Source: Mobula hypostoma (lineage: Eukaryota). Taken from it: a stretch of 64,000 nt of DNA. Each line of letters opens with the position of its first letter. The stretch's first letter is position 1. Both the position numbers and the translations under genes were made by a program. Below, one piece after another: positions 36,291 to 49,350 of the stretch. The notes under the pieces are model-generated. The model saw nothing but the letters and a program-made list of their open reading frames with translations. It searched no databases and had not been told where the DNA came from. The stretch is from NCBI RefSeq assembly GCF_963921235.1, contig NC_086097.1, positions 80,478,001-80,542,000 on the forward strand, given 5' to 3'.

Positions 36291-37344
36291 ACCATCGGGT
36301 TTACCATTGAAATGGTGCAATCAGTATCCGTAAGTACCTGACTGTTGAGGTCAAAGGATAACGTGGATAAGCATGATAACGAGCAATCAGCAACAGCTGC
36401 GAACACACACGTAGGTAGTGAGATCTAGTCATTAGAAATAAAATAACAAACCAAATCAGGAGAGACATAACACATGATTATGGCAGATTGCATCCAAGAG
36501 ATGCAAAGTCATCAAACTATCCAGGTCAACAGAATGGATGAAAGGGGTTGCTTCCAGATTTTGCAAGTGATTCCATAATCAAAATTGCACAAAACCTGAG
36601 AAAGTAATAACCAGGACCAGCATCTAGAAATCTATGCTATACTCAAATGAAGATATTTGACTACCTGAAGACTTCAAATACAATACACAGTACTTGTTCA
36701 GCATTTACTCTCATAATACTCATTGTATCAGTGCCAATTTTTTTTCAGAAAAACTTCTTGCAGTTTAAGAAAGGAGGATTTGAGCTTCAAACAGACAATA
36801 ATTTTGGAACAGAAGGAATTTAACCCCTATTTATTATTACTATTTGTAATAATAAAACCAACAGCAGAAATTTCACAGCACCAACCCATTTTCTACCATT
36901 TCAGGCAAGAGTTGTCAACATGGATTCCAGAAATTGTGATGGTTATTTTTGAAAAATATCAAATTGTGAAGTCTGTGATTGCTCAATCAGTTCACAGCAG
37001 GTTGTGTTCGAGTTCCTTACACATTCTCAGTTATGAAATGTTGATTGCAGCAAAGTCTCAAACAAAAAGTATCTTGAAAGGCTCAAAGGGACAACTGTAC
37101 TTATTGATGCATCAACCTTCAGGGCAGAGAACACCTCTGACAGGATTTCATTTTGTTGAGAACTCAACAGTGCATCACTTCAAGTTAGAGTCTGTTGAGA
37201 CAATGAAGGAAAGAATTTTATTTTACATTCTACCTTCAGGATATTAAGATATTTCAAGGCACTTTTGATAACTGGTTATTTTTACAATGTAGGACTTGGT
37301 AGCAGGAGGGGCAGGATGGGCAGCCCAGTTTTCTGGTGTTCTAT

Positions 37345-39545
37345 TGTTCTAAATGCAGCAGAGAGGGTGGGATTAAAGAAAGAGGGGTGACATTACTAGA
37401 CAGGGAAACTGTCACGGCAGTACTCACTCAGGACAGACTGGAGAACTCGACTAGTGAGGCTTTATAGGGTGAACAGAGAAATAAGAAGGGTATGACCACA
37501 TTAACGGTCACACCCAATAGTTCACGAGATTTAGAGGAACAAATCCGCGGAGAGTTCGCAGACTGTTGCAAGCGACATAAGATTGTTAAAGTAGGTGATT
37601 TTAACTTTCCATATATTGAGTAGGGCTCCCATATTGTAAAAGGACTGAATGGGATAGAGTTTGTCAAATGTGTTCAGAAAAGTTTCCTTAATACATAGAT
37701 GACCCAACGAGAGAATGTGTGATACTTGATCTGCTATTAGGGAATGAGACAGCGCAGGTGACAGAAGTTTGTGTCAGGGAATACTTTATATCTAGTGATC
37801 ATAATGTCATTAGTTACAATGTAAATATGGAAAATATAAGTCCTGCCCACAGGTTACGATTCGAAATTGGAGAAAAGCCAATTTTGATGTTGACAGAAAG
37901 GATCTGGTAAGTGTGGACTGGGACAGGCTGTTTTCTGGCAAAGGTGTACTTGGTAAGTGGGAGGCCTTCAAAAGTGAAATTTTGAGAGTGCAAAGCTTGT
38001 ATATGCCTGTCAGAATAAAAGGTAAAGATAACAGGTTTAGGGAACTTTAGTTTTCAAGAGATATTGAAGCCCTGGCTAAGAAAAATAGGAGCTGCTTAGC
38101 AGGGATAGGCAGGTAGGAATAAATGTGGTACTTTGAAAGGGAACATACATCAAAAAGAAATCAGGAGGGCAAAAAAAAAAGGCTTGAAGTTGCCCTACCA
38201 GACAAGGTGAAGGAGAATCGTGAGGAATTCTACAGATATGTTCAGAGTAAAAAGGACTGTAAGGGACAAAACTGGTCCTCTGGAAGATCAGAATTGTAAT
38301 CCATGTGTGGTACCAAATCAGATGGGGGAGATTTAAGTGGATATTTTGCATCTGTATTTACTTGTGAGATGGACACTGTGTATATAGAAGTGAGGCAAAG
38401 CAGCAATGAGGTCATGGTGAGGTTACAATGGAGGAGGTGTTTTCCATCTTGAGACAAATTAGGGGGGAAAATTCCCAAGTCCCGACAGGGAGTTTACTCA
38501 GACCCTGTGGGAGGCAATTGCAGAAATTGCTGGGGCCCTAGCAGAGATACTTAAAACATCCTTAGTGACAGGAGAGGTACCAGAGAACTGGAGGATAGCT
38601 AATGTTGTTCTGCTGTTTAAGAAAAGCTCTAAAAATAAACCTGGAAATTATAGACCAGTGAGTCTGACATTAGTAGTGGAAAAGTTATTGGAAGGTATTC
38701 TAATGGACTGGATATATGAGTATTTTGATAGACATGGACTGACTGGGGATAGTTAGCATGGCTTTATGTGTGGTAGATCATGTCCAGCCAATCTCATAGA
38801 GTTTTTTGAGGAAGTTATCAGGAAACTTGATGAAGCCAAGGCAGTGGATGTCGTCTTCATGGATTTTAGCAAGGCATTTAACAAAGTCGCACATGGGAGG
38901 TTGGTTAAGAATATTCAGTCACTTGGCATTCAAGATGAGGTAGTAAATTGGCTTTGATATTTGTTTTTTGGGAGAAGCCAGAGAGTGGTAGTATATGGTT
39001 GCCTTTCTGACTGGTGACTGGTGACTTGTGACTAGTGGAATACCATAGGCATCGGTGCTGGGTCTGTTTTTGTTTGTCATTTGTATCAGCAATCTGGATG
39101 ATAAAGTGGTTAACTGGAACAGCAAATTTGTGGTGATAGCAAGATTGAGGGTGTAGTGGACAGTGAGGAAAACTAATAGAGCGTGCACAGGATCTGCATC
39201 AGCTGGAAAAATAGGATGAGAAATGGCAGATGGAATTTAATGCAGATAAGTGCAAGATGTTGCACTTCAGTAGGACCAACGAGGGTAGGTTTTACACAGT
39301 GAATGATAGGGCACCGAGGAATGTGATAGAACAAAGGGATCTGGGAATACAAGTTCATAATTCATTGCAAGTGGCATCACAGGTAGATAGGGATGCAAAG
39401 ACACCTTTTGGCACATAGGATATGTACATGGATGACAGGGCCATGGTCAAGGTGCAGGTCGATGGGACTAGGCAGTTTAATTGGTTCACTGCTGATTAGA
39501 TGGGCCGAAGGGCCTGTTTCTGTGCTGTACTTTTCTCTATGACTT
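37345..39545 (+). mobile_element. Decayed CR1 ORF2 (APE and RT) with internal deletions and 3' tail
   Basis: VGDFNFP, ILDLLLGNE, SDH, TGEVPENWRIANVVLLFKK..PGNYRPVSLT, VDVVFMDFSKAF, MEFNADKCKMLHF. Tail TTCTCTATGACT. Confidence 0.9.
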
Positions 39546-41024
39546 AATGAAATACAGAAGCAGGTTTGTGCACAGAAAGCTTCCACAAACACCAGTGAGC
39601 AATTAATATTTTTGAAGTTGAAAGAACTTTTTCAGACCATTTCACATGATAACTGGTAAAATTTGCACCCTGTAAACAGAAACCCAACATAATTTATTGA
39701 GTTCAAATAACTAAGAGACTGAGTTGGTGAAAAGTACCAATTGGATTTTGTCATCAGATTTTCATGATTGTCTCAGAGACATCATTAATCCAAATATACA
39801 ATTGTGCTACAAAGTAAGGGCTACTGGGAAGCCAATTAATGCATAGAATGATACTGACTTTCATGAATATATTTAATTTTCTTTTCAAAACCATTTTTTT
39901 CATTGGCAATAAATAAACCAAGGGGGTCTCTGTGTTAATAGTGGGCATTTGTTCTTGCGGTGTCATTCCTGTCCTTGAGCCCAAAGGCAAAGGAGCTCAG
40001 GAATAATCCAACAAGGAAGACATTGAAAGTGGCCTCTAATTATCCAGCAAGAAATTCCAAGGAGGATTGGATGAAATTGGTAGTATTTAATGGATGAAAA
40101 TTTAGATGAAAGTGACTTTAATTCAAAACCACTCAAAAGCATGGATACAAAGTTGGCCATCATTCAGGAAATAAATGAGTCTTTTTAATATTGTTTTTCA
40201 AAGCAATTACAAATACTTGTTTTTCACCACTAGATGTTGTTAGCCCACTTTGAGGAAGGAACCTATGATATTTTAACTCAGTGCACATGCTGACACCTAG
40301 TGATAGTGATGGGATATTGAACTGATCCCTTTCTTGAATTATTGTGTGAATAGAAATCGTCATGGCTCACAGAGCTTGACATATTGAACATGCATAGATG
40401 TGTGCAATAACTCTAGTGTGGTGTCTGTTTGGGATAATCTCCTTTATGAAAAGCTGTTTCATATGATACATATACAGATATGATATATACTTGTATAAAA
40501 ACTATCGATAAAGATTACACTTCTCTGATCTGGTCTACTCTGCTTTATCAGGCATGTTGCAGAAGAGTAATTTATTTCAGAGGGAACATGGGATCTTGCT
40601 ATTGATGTTGCTTATGCTTGCTGATGCATATCTTTATTTTTGTTATCAATAATATTTTCCAACTCCCACACTATTGATGATGCATTTATTATGAAATGAT
40701 CTCTCAAATTACTTTTTAAATTTTTTTATTGAACGTTAATTCTTATAATGCTCTCCAGAGATTTCCAAGGATTGACTTTGCAGTTTGTGAATTCTGCAGC
40801 AGAGTGCCATATGATGGGGAAGGGATAATGCCAGGGGAGGGGTGATCAGGATCAAGTGTTATATATCAATAACCGTTCACTCCATGACAAGAGCATTTCT
40901 CACAGGTAAAGGAAAAACAGTTGAACCTTGCAAGCTCCTTAAAGCAACAGGCCTTCTATGCACTAGATTCATCAGTAGAAATTCTGCAAAATACTTTGCT
41001 CCATACTGTGTTGACCCACAGAGT

Positions 41025-41640
41025 AACAGTGCATGGAAACAAACCCATCTGCCAACAGGTTCATGCCAACCACAGCGTTCTCCCTGCTAGTCTCAGCCGC
41101 CCACATTCGGCCCAGGGCCTTCCAAGTCCTCCCCTCCAGTGCCTATCCAAATGCCTCTGAAATGGTACCCACCTTGACTACTTTCTCCGGCCGCTCGGTC
41201 CAGTGTAAAGAAGTTACTTCTTTAGGTCCCTTTTAAATCTTTCCCCTTTCATCTGTGCCCTTTTGTTTTGGTCTCCTCAGGGAGAAAATGTATGACTGGT
41301 CACCTTTTCTTGATTTTATAAACTTCCATGCAGTCACCTGTCATTCTCCTGTGCTCCAGGGAGTAAGGATTCAGTGTGGCCAACTTCTCCCTATAACTCA
41401 GGCACCCTAGTCCAGCAAGCATCCTCACGAATCTCTTCTGCGTCACCTCCAGCTAGACAATGTCTTGTCTATAACAGAGTGACTAGAACTACACAATACT
41501 CCAATAACTTATATAACTGTGACATAATGTCTCTACTCTTAAACTTGTTTCCCTTACTGTTGAAGGCCAGGCATGCTAAATGCCTCCTTCACCACACTTT
41601 CGACTTCTGTGGCCTGTTTCAGTGAACTGTGCATGTACTG
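41025..41640 (-). mobile_element. Decayed CR1 3' fragment
   Basis: Reverse complement resembles 43000-43630 (ORF2 C-terminus and 3' UTR). Confidence 0.65.
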
Positions 41641-41727
41641 CCACTTTGTTCCACAACACTTCACTGTATTATTCCTACCCTGATTTGACTCTCGAAAATG
41701 CAAACCATGTAAGATTACAAGTGTATG

Positions 41728-43645
41728 AAACCTTGGTTTTCAAGAGATATTGAGGCCCTGGTTAAGAGAAAAAAGGAGGTGCATAGTGGGTATAGGCAAG
41801 CAGGAACAAATAGGTGCCTATGGAGTACAAGAAATGCAAGAGAATGCTTAAGAAAGAAATCAGAGAGGCTAAAGTTGATCTACCAGACAAGGTGAAGGAG
41901 AATCCTAAGGGATACTACAGGTGTGTTAAGAGTAAAAGGATTGCAAGGGACAAAATTGATCTGATGAATGACCTGAATGGTAATCCATGTGTGGAGCCAA
42001 AACAGATGGGTCTCTGCAAATGTATTTCCTCAGGAGAAGGACCCAGGGACTATAGACGTGAGGCAAAGTGGCATCAGTTTCATGGACCCTGTACAGATTA
42101 CAGAGAAGGAGGTGTTTGCAACCCTGAGGGAAATCAGGGTGGGTAAATCTCCAGGGCCTGGCAAAGTGTTCCCTTGGACCCTATGGGAGGCAAATGCAGA
42201 AATTGCTGGGGCCCTTAGCGACTGGGAAGGTACCAGAGAATTGGAGGATAGCCAATGTTCCGCTGTTTAAAAAAGGATTTAAACATAAACCAGTGAGTCT
42301 GACATCAGATGTGGGAAAGTTATTGGAAGTTGTTCTAAGGGACTGGATATATAAGTATTTGGATAGACAGTGACTGATTAAGGATAGTCAATATGGCTTT
42401 GTGTGTAGGTCATGTCTAGCCAGTCTCATAGTTTTTTGAGGAAGTTACCAGGAAAGTGGATGAAGGCAAGGCAGTGGATGTTGTCTACATGGACTTTAGT
42501 AAGGCATTTAACAAGGTCTCGCATGGTCAAGAAGGTTCAGTCGCTCAGCATTCAGGATGACGTAGTAAATTAGATTAGAGATTGGCTTTGTGGGAGAAGA
42601 CAGACAGTGGTAGTAGATGGTTGTTTCTCTGACTGGAAGCCTGAGACTAGTGGTGTGCTACAGGGATCGGTGCTGGGCCCTTTGTTGTTTGTCCTCTCTA
42701 TCAACGATCTGAAGGATAATATGGTTAACTGTATCAGCAAATTTGCAGACAACACATAGATTGGGGGTGTAGTGGACAGTGAGGAAGAAATCAGAGCTTT
42801 CAGAGGGATCTGATCAGCTGAAAAAAATGGGCTGCAAATGGCAGATAGCATTTAATGCAGGCAAGTGCAAGGTTTTGCACTTTGGTAGGATCAGGCAGGG
42901 TAGGTCTTACACAGAGAATGGTAGGGCACTGAGGGGTGTGGTGGAACAAAGAGATCTGGGACTACAGATCCATAATTAGGTGTCACAGGTAGAAGCGGTT
43001 GTAAAGAAAGTTTTTGGCACATTGACCTTCATAACTCAATGTATTGAGTACAGGAGATGTGATGTTATGTTGAAGTTGTATAAGACGTTGGCGAAGCCTA
43101 ATTTGGAGTATTGTGTGCAGTTTTAGTCATCTACCTACAGGAAAGATGTAAGCAAGGTTGAAAAGTATAGAGGAAATTTATAAGGATGTTGCCAGGTCTG
43201 GAGAACCTGAGTAATAAGGAACGGTTGATTAGGTTAGGGACGTATTCTTAGGAACGTAGAAGATTGAGAGGATTTTGGTCAAGGTGTACAAAATTATGAG
43301 GGGTATATGCAAGCAGGATTTTTCCACTGAGGATGGGTCAGACTACACCCAGAGGTCATGGGTTAAGGGTGAAAGGTCTGAAGTTTAAGAGGGACCTGAG
43401 GGGACTCTTCTTTGCTCAGAGGGTTGTGAATGTGTGGGACAAGCTGCCAACACAACTGGTGCATGTGAGCTCGATTTCAATGCTTAAGAGAGGTGTGGAT
43501 AGGTACATGGATAGTAAGCGTATACAGGGCTACGATCACGGTGCAGTTTGACGGGAATCAGTATCTTAATTGGTTTTGGTATGCACTAGATGGGCCAAAG
43601 GGCCGATTTCTGTATTGTACTTCTCTCTGACCATATGACTCTATG
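41728..43645 (+). mobile_element. Decayed CR1 ORF2 RT region and 3' end
   Basis: KVKENPK, KSPGP, VDVVYMDFSKAF, SGVLQGSVLGPLLF, KFAD, FNAGKCKVLHFG, RGHGLRV. Tail GACCATATGACTCTATG. Confidence 0.9.
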
Positions 43646-44559
43646 TGAGTCTGATCCAATGTGACCCTTTTACATAATCAAGCAGAATCAAATTTAGCAA
43701 CTTAGTGTAATAGTTTAGATGTTGGCGTATTAGAATACCCACTTTACATTCTGAATACCAACAGCAGATTGGTCCAGAAATATGAACAATTTCATATGGA
43801 ACAATTGACATTTCTCACACAAGTACAACCAGCTTCAAGATTCTTATTGCAACACAAAATCTTGAACTTGCTAGCCAATTTTTGTCATCTTTTGTACAGT
43901 GCTCCTCACACAGCCTAGCGCTGACACACAAAGTACCTAAGCAAGGGCGTCTGCTGAATTAGTGCAAGATTAGACCTGGCAGAATAACAGCGACCATTCG
44001 TCAATGTGGTGGGGAATGAAATATAATGTAACTTAAATTATTGCATTAACTGTCCTCTGCTTATTGCTCTTAATTACTTGTGTTCTTAATTATTGAAAGA
44101 TATTCTTGTTTAATTTTTAACAATATTTCAAAATTAAAAGCTGTAATTTTTATTTTTTTAACATTCAGAATCATTCAGAAGCAGCTTAAAATTTTAACAG
44201 GTACCAAGGCCATGGGACATTACTTTACTTATATAAATATTTCTTCAGCTTTTCTTCAACCCTTGCCACATGAATCACACAGGGTCTTGACAATTATGCT
44301 GGCTTGCTGATGGCAACCAATCTTGACCCAAAGTGAGAAACAAGTGGTTGATGTATTCTCTTCTGAATTAATTAACAACGTTGAACTCTGTTGCACCGGA
44401 TTTCATAAGATAATATTTATATCTAATCTTGAACACGGAGCATTTTCTTATGAAAGACAACAGAGTTTGAGGCTAACATTGACATACTTTGGAAACCAGG
44501 GATAGAGAAACACACATGCATAGACAGCCAACAGAGCATATACACAGGTGATGGGTGAG

Positions 44560-44856
44560 AGTCGTGGTTAACGCATCGCTATTACAGCTCGTGGCCTCGG
44601 AGTTCAGAGTTCAATTCCGGCACAGTCTGTAAGGAATCTCTTTACATCCTTCCTGTGGAATGTGTGAGAATTTGCCTGGGTGCTCTAATTTAATCTCACA
44701 GTCCGAAGACACACCAGATAGGTCAACTGGTCGCTGTACATTATCCCTTGGTTAGGTTAGGGTTAAATCAGAGTTGTTGGGAGTTGCTGGGCGGTGTGAC
44801 TCAAAGAGCTGGAGGACCTACTCCACACTGTATCACTACATAAATAAACAAATAAC
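44560..44856 (+). mobile_element. tRNA-derived V-SINE with CR1-like tail (HE1-like)
   Basis: A-box-like GTCGTGGTTAA, B-box GAGTTCAATTCC, decayed V-domain, (TAAA)n tail. Confidence 0.7.
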
Positions 44857-45032
44857 TCCAGGATCCATAGAACACCCAGTGATGGGACAAACAAAAAACT
44901 GCAAAGTCAGAAGGTTTGCAATAAACGAAAATGGATGGAAATATTCAGCAGCTCAGGCAGCATCTGAGGAAAGAGGATCAGAGTTAATGTTTTAGGTCAG
45001 CATTTTATTTTCTCCTTCCACAGATGCTAAAT

Positions 45033-46717
45033 CTGGACTGTACCTCTTCCCACCCTGTTACTTGTAAAAACACCACCTCCTTCTCTCAATTCCTCCGCCT
45101 CTACTGCTTCTGCTCTCAGGATGAGGCTTTTCACTCCAGAATGAAGGAGATATTATTCTTTTTCAAAGAAAGGGGCTTCCCTTCCTCCACCATCAACGCT
45201 GCCCTCAACTGCATCCCTTCCATTTCACACGTCTGCTTTTGCCCCATCCTCCCATCACCCTACCAGGGATAGAGTTCCTCTTGTCCTCACCTACCGCCCC
45301 ACCAGCCTCTGTGTCTAGCACATAATTCTACAAAACTTCCACCATCTCCAACAGGATTGCATCACCAGGCATATCTTTCCCTCCGCCCCCCCCAACTTTC
45401 TACTTTCCACAGGGATTGCTCCCTACGCGACTCCCCTGTCAATTCATCCCTCCCCGATCCCCCTCCTGGCACTTACCCTTACAAGTGGAACAAGTACTTC
45501 ACCTGCCTCTACACTTCCTCCCTCACTACCATTCATGGCCATAAGCAGTCCTTCCAGGTGAGGCGACACTTCACCTGTGAGTCTGTTGGGGTGTGTCCGG
45601 TGCTCCCAGTATGGCCTCCTGTATATCGGTGACACGCGAAGTAGATTAGGAGACCGCTTCACCGAGCACCTACATTCCGTCTGCCTGAAAAAGCAGGAAC
45701 TCCCAGTGGCCACCCATTTTAATTCCACTTCCCAGTCTCATCCCGATATGTCTATCCATGTCCTGATGAGGTGTTACATAGAAACATAGAAACATAGAAA
45801 ATAGGTGCAGGAGTAGGCCATTCGGCCCTTCGAGCCTGCACCACCATTTATTATGATCATGGCTGATCATCCAACTCAGAACCCCGCCCCAGCCTTCCCT
45901 CCATACCCCCTGACCCCTGTAGCCACAAGGGCCATATCTAACTCCCTCTTAAACATAGCCAATGAACTGGCCTTAACAGTTTCCTGTGGCAGAGAATTCC
46001 ACAGATTCACCACTCTGTGTGAAGAAGTTTTTCCTAATCTCGGTCCTAAAAGGTTTCCCCTCTATCCTCAAACTGTGACCCCTCGTTCTGGACTTCCCCA
46101 ACATCGGGAACAATCTTCCTGCATCTAGCCTGTCCAATCCCTTTAGGATCTTATACGTTTCAATCAGATCCCCCCTCAATCTTCTAAATTCCAACGAGTA
46201 CAAGCCCAGTTCATCCAGTCTTTCTTCATATGAAAGTCCTGCCATCCCAGGAATCAATCTGGTGAACCTTGGAGGAACAACACCTTATATTTTGTTTGGG
46301 TAGCCTCCAACCTGATACCATGAACATTGATTTCTCAAACTCCTGGTAATGCTCCCAACCCCCAGCCCTTTCTTCACCATTTCCCATCCCCTTTTCCCTC
46401 TCTCACCTTATCTCCTTGCCCGCACATCGCCTCCTTTTTCTCTCTTCCATGGCCCTCTGTCTCTTTCATCAATTTACTTCCCAGCTCTTTATTTCATCAC
46501 CTCCCCCTTCAGGTCTCACCTGTCACTTTGTGTTTTACTCTCCCCTTCCCCAACCTTTTAAATGTACTCCTCAACTTTTTTTCTCCAGTCCTGCCGAAGG
46601 GTTTCGGCCCAAAACATCGACCGTACTCTTTTCCGAGATGCTGCCTGGCCTGCTGAGTTCCCCCAGCATTTTGAGTGCGTTGCTCAGATTTCCAGCACCT
46701 GCAGATTTTCTCTTGTT
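45033..46717 (+). mobile_element. PLE 3' half, interrupted by a CR1 fragment and inserted in an older palindromic remnant
   Basis: SSHPVTCKN..FSQFLRL..CSQDEAFHSR and LLYIGDTRSRLGDRFTEH. TSD TGCTAAAT at 45025-45032 and 46718-46725. Decayed hammerhead at 46587-46621. Confidence 0.88.
45776..46268 (-). mobile_element. Young CR1 3' fragment nested in PLE GIY-YIG
   Basis: MIPGMAGLSYEERLDELGLYSLEFRRLRGDLIETYKILKGLDR...RTRGHSLRI. Tail (ACATAGAA)x3 on the plus strand. Confidence 0.93.
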
Positions 46718-46849
46718 TGCTAAATGGTCTGTTGAGCATTTCCAGTATTATCTTTATTTCAGATCAATGACATGATTTTTTTCACGAAAATGTTGATTGT
46801 AGATTTTTATGCTATATTCCCCAAAGGCAAAGTGTAAATAGAGACACCA

Positions 46850-47290
46850 TTATGCCAGAGGTTGATTTCAGCAAACAATTAGAGATAAAGCAGAATGGGT
46901 CTATAACCCTTTGAATTTGTAAAAATGAAAAATGATCTCAAGAAGAAGAGTACAAGAAGAAATGAAGGGCTTAACATGCCAGATGCAGACTTAAATTGGA
47001 TGTAGCGAGCTGGAGCTCACAGTCTCAAAGCAATCGACTATTCAGCAGTAGATGAGCAGAGATATTTTTACCCAGAAGGTGGTGAAACTTTGTAATTCAT
47101 TACTCAAGGGAGTTGTGGGACTAAGATTCTAAGTGTATTCAATAATTCTTAATGTTATGAGAATTAAGTGATGAGGGGTTTGTGAAAAGAAGTGGTGCTG
47201 AAGTAAGAAATTTGCCGTACTTTTGTTGAATGGTGGAGCAAAACATGAGAGGCCAAGTAACCTACTCTGAATCTACTCTTTATGTTCATT
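46850..47290 (+). mobile_element. Highly decayed CR1 3' fragment
   Basis: TTTTACCCAGAAGGTGGTGAAACTTTGTAATTC and GAATGGTGGAGCA...GGCCAAGTAACCTACTCT resemble CR1 3' ends elsewhere in the window. Confidence 0.5.
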
Positions 47291-48849
47291 TGAATGTTTT
47301 AGCAACACGTTATGAAGTATTCTTAATTGATATTTGTAATGTGCCTACATAAGCAGCTAAAATTGCCATCTTGTCAAAACCACCAATGCTGATATACACG
47401 ATGTTAAGAACAAAGTTTCACCTTCTAATGTGGTGCTATGCTGCAAGGGTAGTCAAAAATAAAGGCTGAGTCACAAAAGGAAACATTTATAATGTACTGT
47501 GTCATAATATACAGAGGCATTTATATGTATGCCTACGACAATAAACTTGAACTTAAACTGGGAGGAGGTGATTTCCTTAGTTTCTAAGGAAGATCATTAA
47601 GGAACGAAGTTGAGGACTAGTTAAGGAAAGATATTCATCTGAGTTTGTTCAAGGCAGCTGGAGACAGTGACCACCAAAGCAGGTCAAAGAGAAGCAGCAG
47701 TGGATAATATTTTAGCATATGTTAGGGAGTTTATGGGACTAGACGAGCAATACATATTTGAGTGCAAGTTATCAAAATATACCCATACTCTTTGAGTAAT
47801 TGTATCACTGGAACCCATGAACTCTGCTAAAAGTCATTAGGCGCTGACCGGGACAGTACAGTTTACCTTACTTCAGAAATTCATTGGACAACAAGCAGTG
47901 TGCAGCGTTTGCAAGGTCACCCAGGAATACAAGTCATTATCTGCACTGCATATAGGGACAGTCCCATGGAGCTGGACAATTGAGGAAAGATGGAGGAATT
48001 GGCAAGGTTAATTCTTATCAAAGGCAAAGGGATTAGGAAATGAAGTGTACGAGAAAACCTAATGGAGTCTAGTGACTACAATCCTTTCATCCCTATATCC
48101 CCCCTTTTCTTCTCTGCTGTTTAACCCAGCGTATTCATTCAAAGGGATGCACTTGAAGATAAATTCAATGAGAAAAGTATATTGTATTTTTTCATCCTTG
48201 GATATACTGTACAAGTTCTTTCATTTTATTATCTTCTCTGTGCATACTGTGATATTATCATGCATGCACTACAACACAAGTACGTGATGGGTTTCACAGC
48301 TACTCATGAGCCATATTTGATACTGCAGAGGTCAACATATGTCAGCACCAGAGATTACTGGTTCTAGTTATGTGCACTCTTAAATTCTTTACCACAGTTT
48401 TTGAAATAAGAATGAAGTGTATTATAAAGGCCATTTAAAAATAACATTAAGCGGAAGTAAGGCCATTTTCTATACCTAGATGTGGGCAAAGTTTGCTTTC
48501 CTATACAGAAGTCCCTTCATTTAACACCTAGTCCAGGAACATTTTTATAATAGGGGGGGATCACTGCAATGCTGAAGTGTCCAAGTCCACAGAGGTGAAA
48601 ATGGATAACTCAGGGAAATGATGTACCATTTTGTTACTACTGTGAAAGATGTCAAACTGAAATAGCAGACTTCAGTTAGCTTAGATCATTTGCCACATGA
48701 TCTTTTGGTGGAGGCGTGGAGTGCAGTGAATAATTCTGATTACCCTTTCCAGTGCTTTGTACCAAGTCATTCAAAATGATGCAGAGCAAGTTGAAAAGTA
48801 TAGATGGAGCTGAGAATTTTAAAGCTTAGTTTAATTTTAAGGTGCCTTA

Positions 48850-49350
48850 AGATAACCAAACAAATATTCTCAAGAGGAAAAGGGCGAGGGATAACAATTG
48901 GAAACTGAGAGATACTTGGACCAACTGCTTTGATAATCTTTTTGAAAATGATATTAGTTTGCCAGGTGCAAAAGAAAGCTGAAATCTCCATAGGACCTGA
49001 TAGTTTGCTTCCAAAGGTTTTGAAAGAGGTGGCTTTGGAGATGGTGGATTGTCACCTTCCACAATTCTGGAGAACATGGAAAGTCTTCTACAGAGTGGAA
49101 GGTAGTAAATATAGCTCAATATTCAGGAAAGGTCACGAGGAGAAAACCAGTCACTCTGACATCAGCCGTGAGGAAAATGCAAGAATTCTTTCATTAGTGC
49201 ACACAGGATTGATATAATGTGGCATGGACTGAAGCTTCATAAGTGGATAAGAAGGACACATGAGGATTAAATGGGTGATTCTGAGGTTTGCAGCCTTTGA
49301 CAGGCTGGGAGCGTCAGTGATCAGTACAGCGCTCCAGATGTTCACACCCT
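48850..49350 (+). mobile_element. Highly decayed CR1 ORF2 fragments
   Basis: SIGPDSLLPKVLKEVALEMVD parallels ARPEELHPRVLKEVALEIV near 56690. Confidence 0.55.

Larger units (their letters stand above)
33619..36472 (-). mobile_element. Internally deleted BEL/Pao LTR retrotransposon (gag only), with a PLE nested in gag
   Basis: 3' LTR 33619-33978 (TG...CA with AATAAA) aligns for about 105 bp with the 5' LTR start at 36365-36472. Flanks CCTGA (33614-33618) and CATGA (36473-36477) form a 5-bp TSD with one mismatch. Confidence 0.8.

Noticed and set aside
36723..37247. 174-aa plus ORF and neighbouring coding-like stretches (32840-33610, 39750-40200)
   Set aside because: No family recognised, non-ATG start, and many stops in adjacent frames. 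A BLASTX search would be needed before calling a pseudogene.
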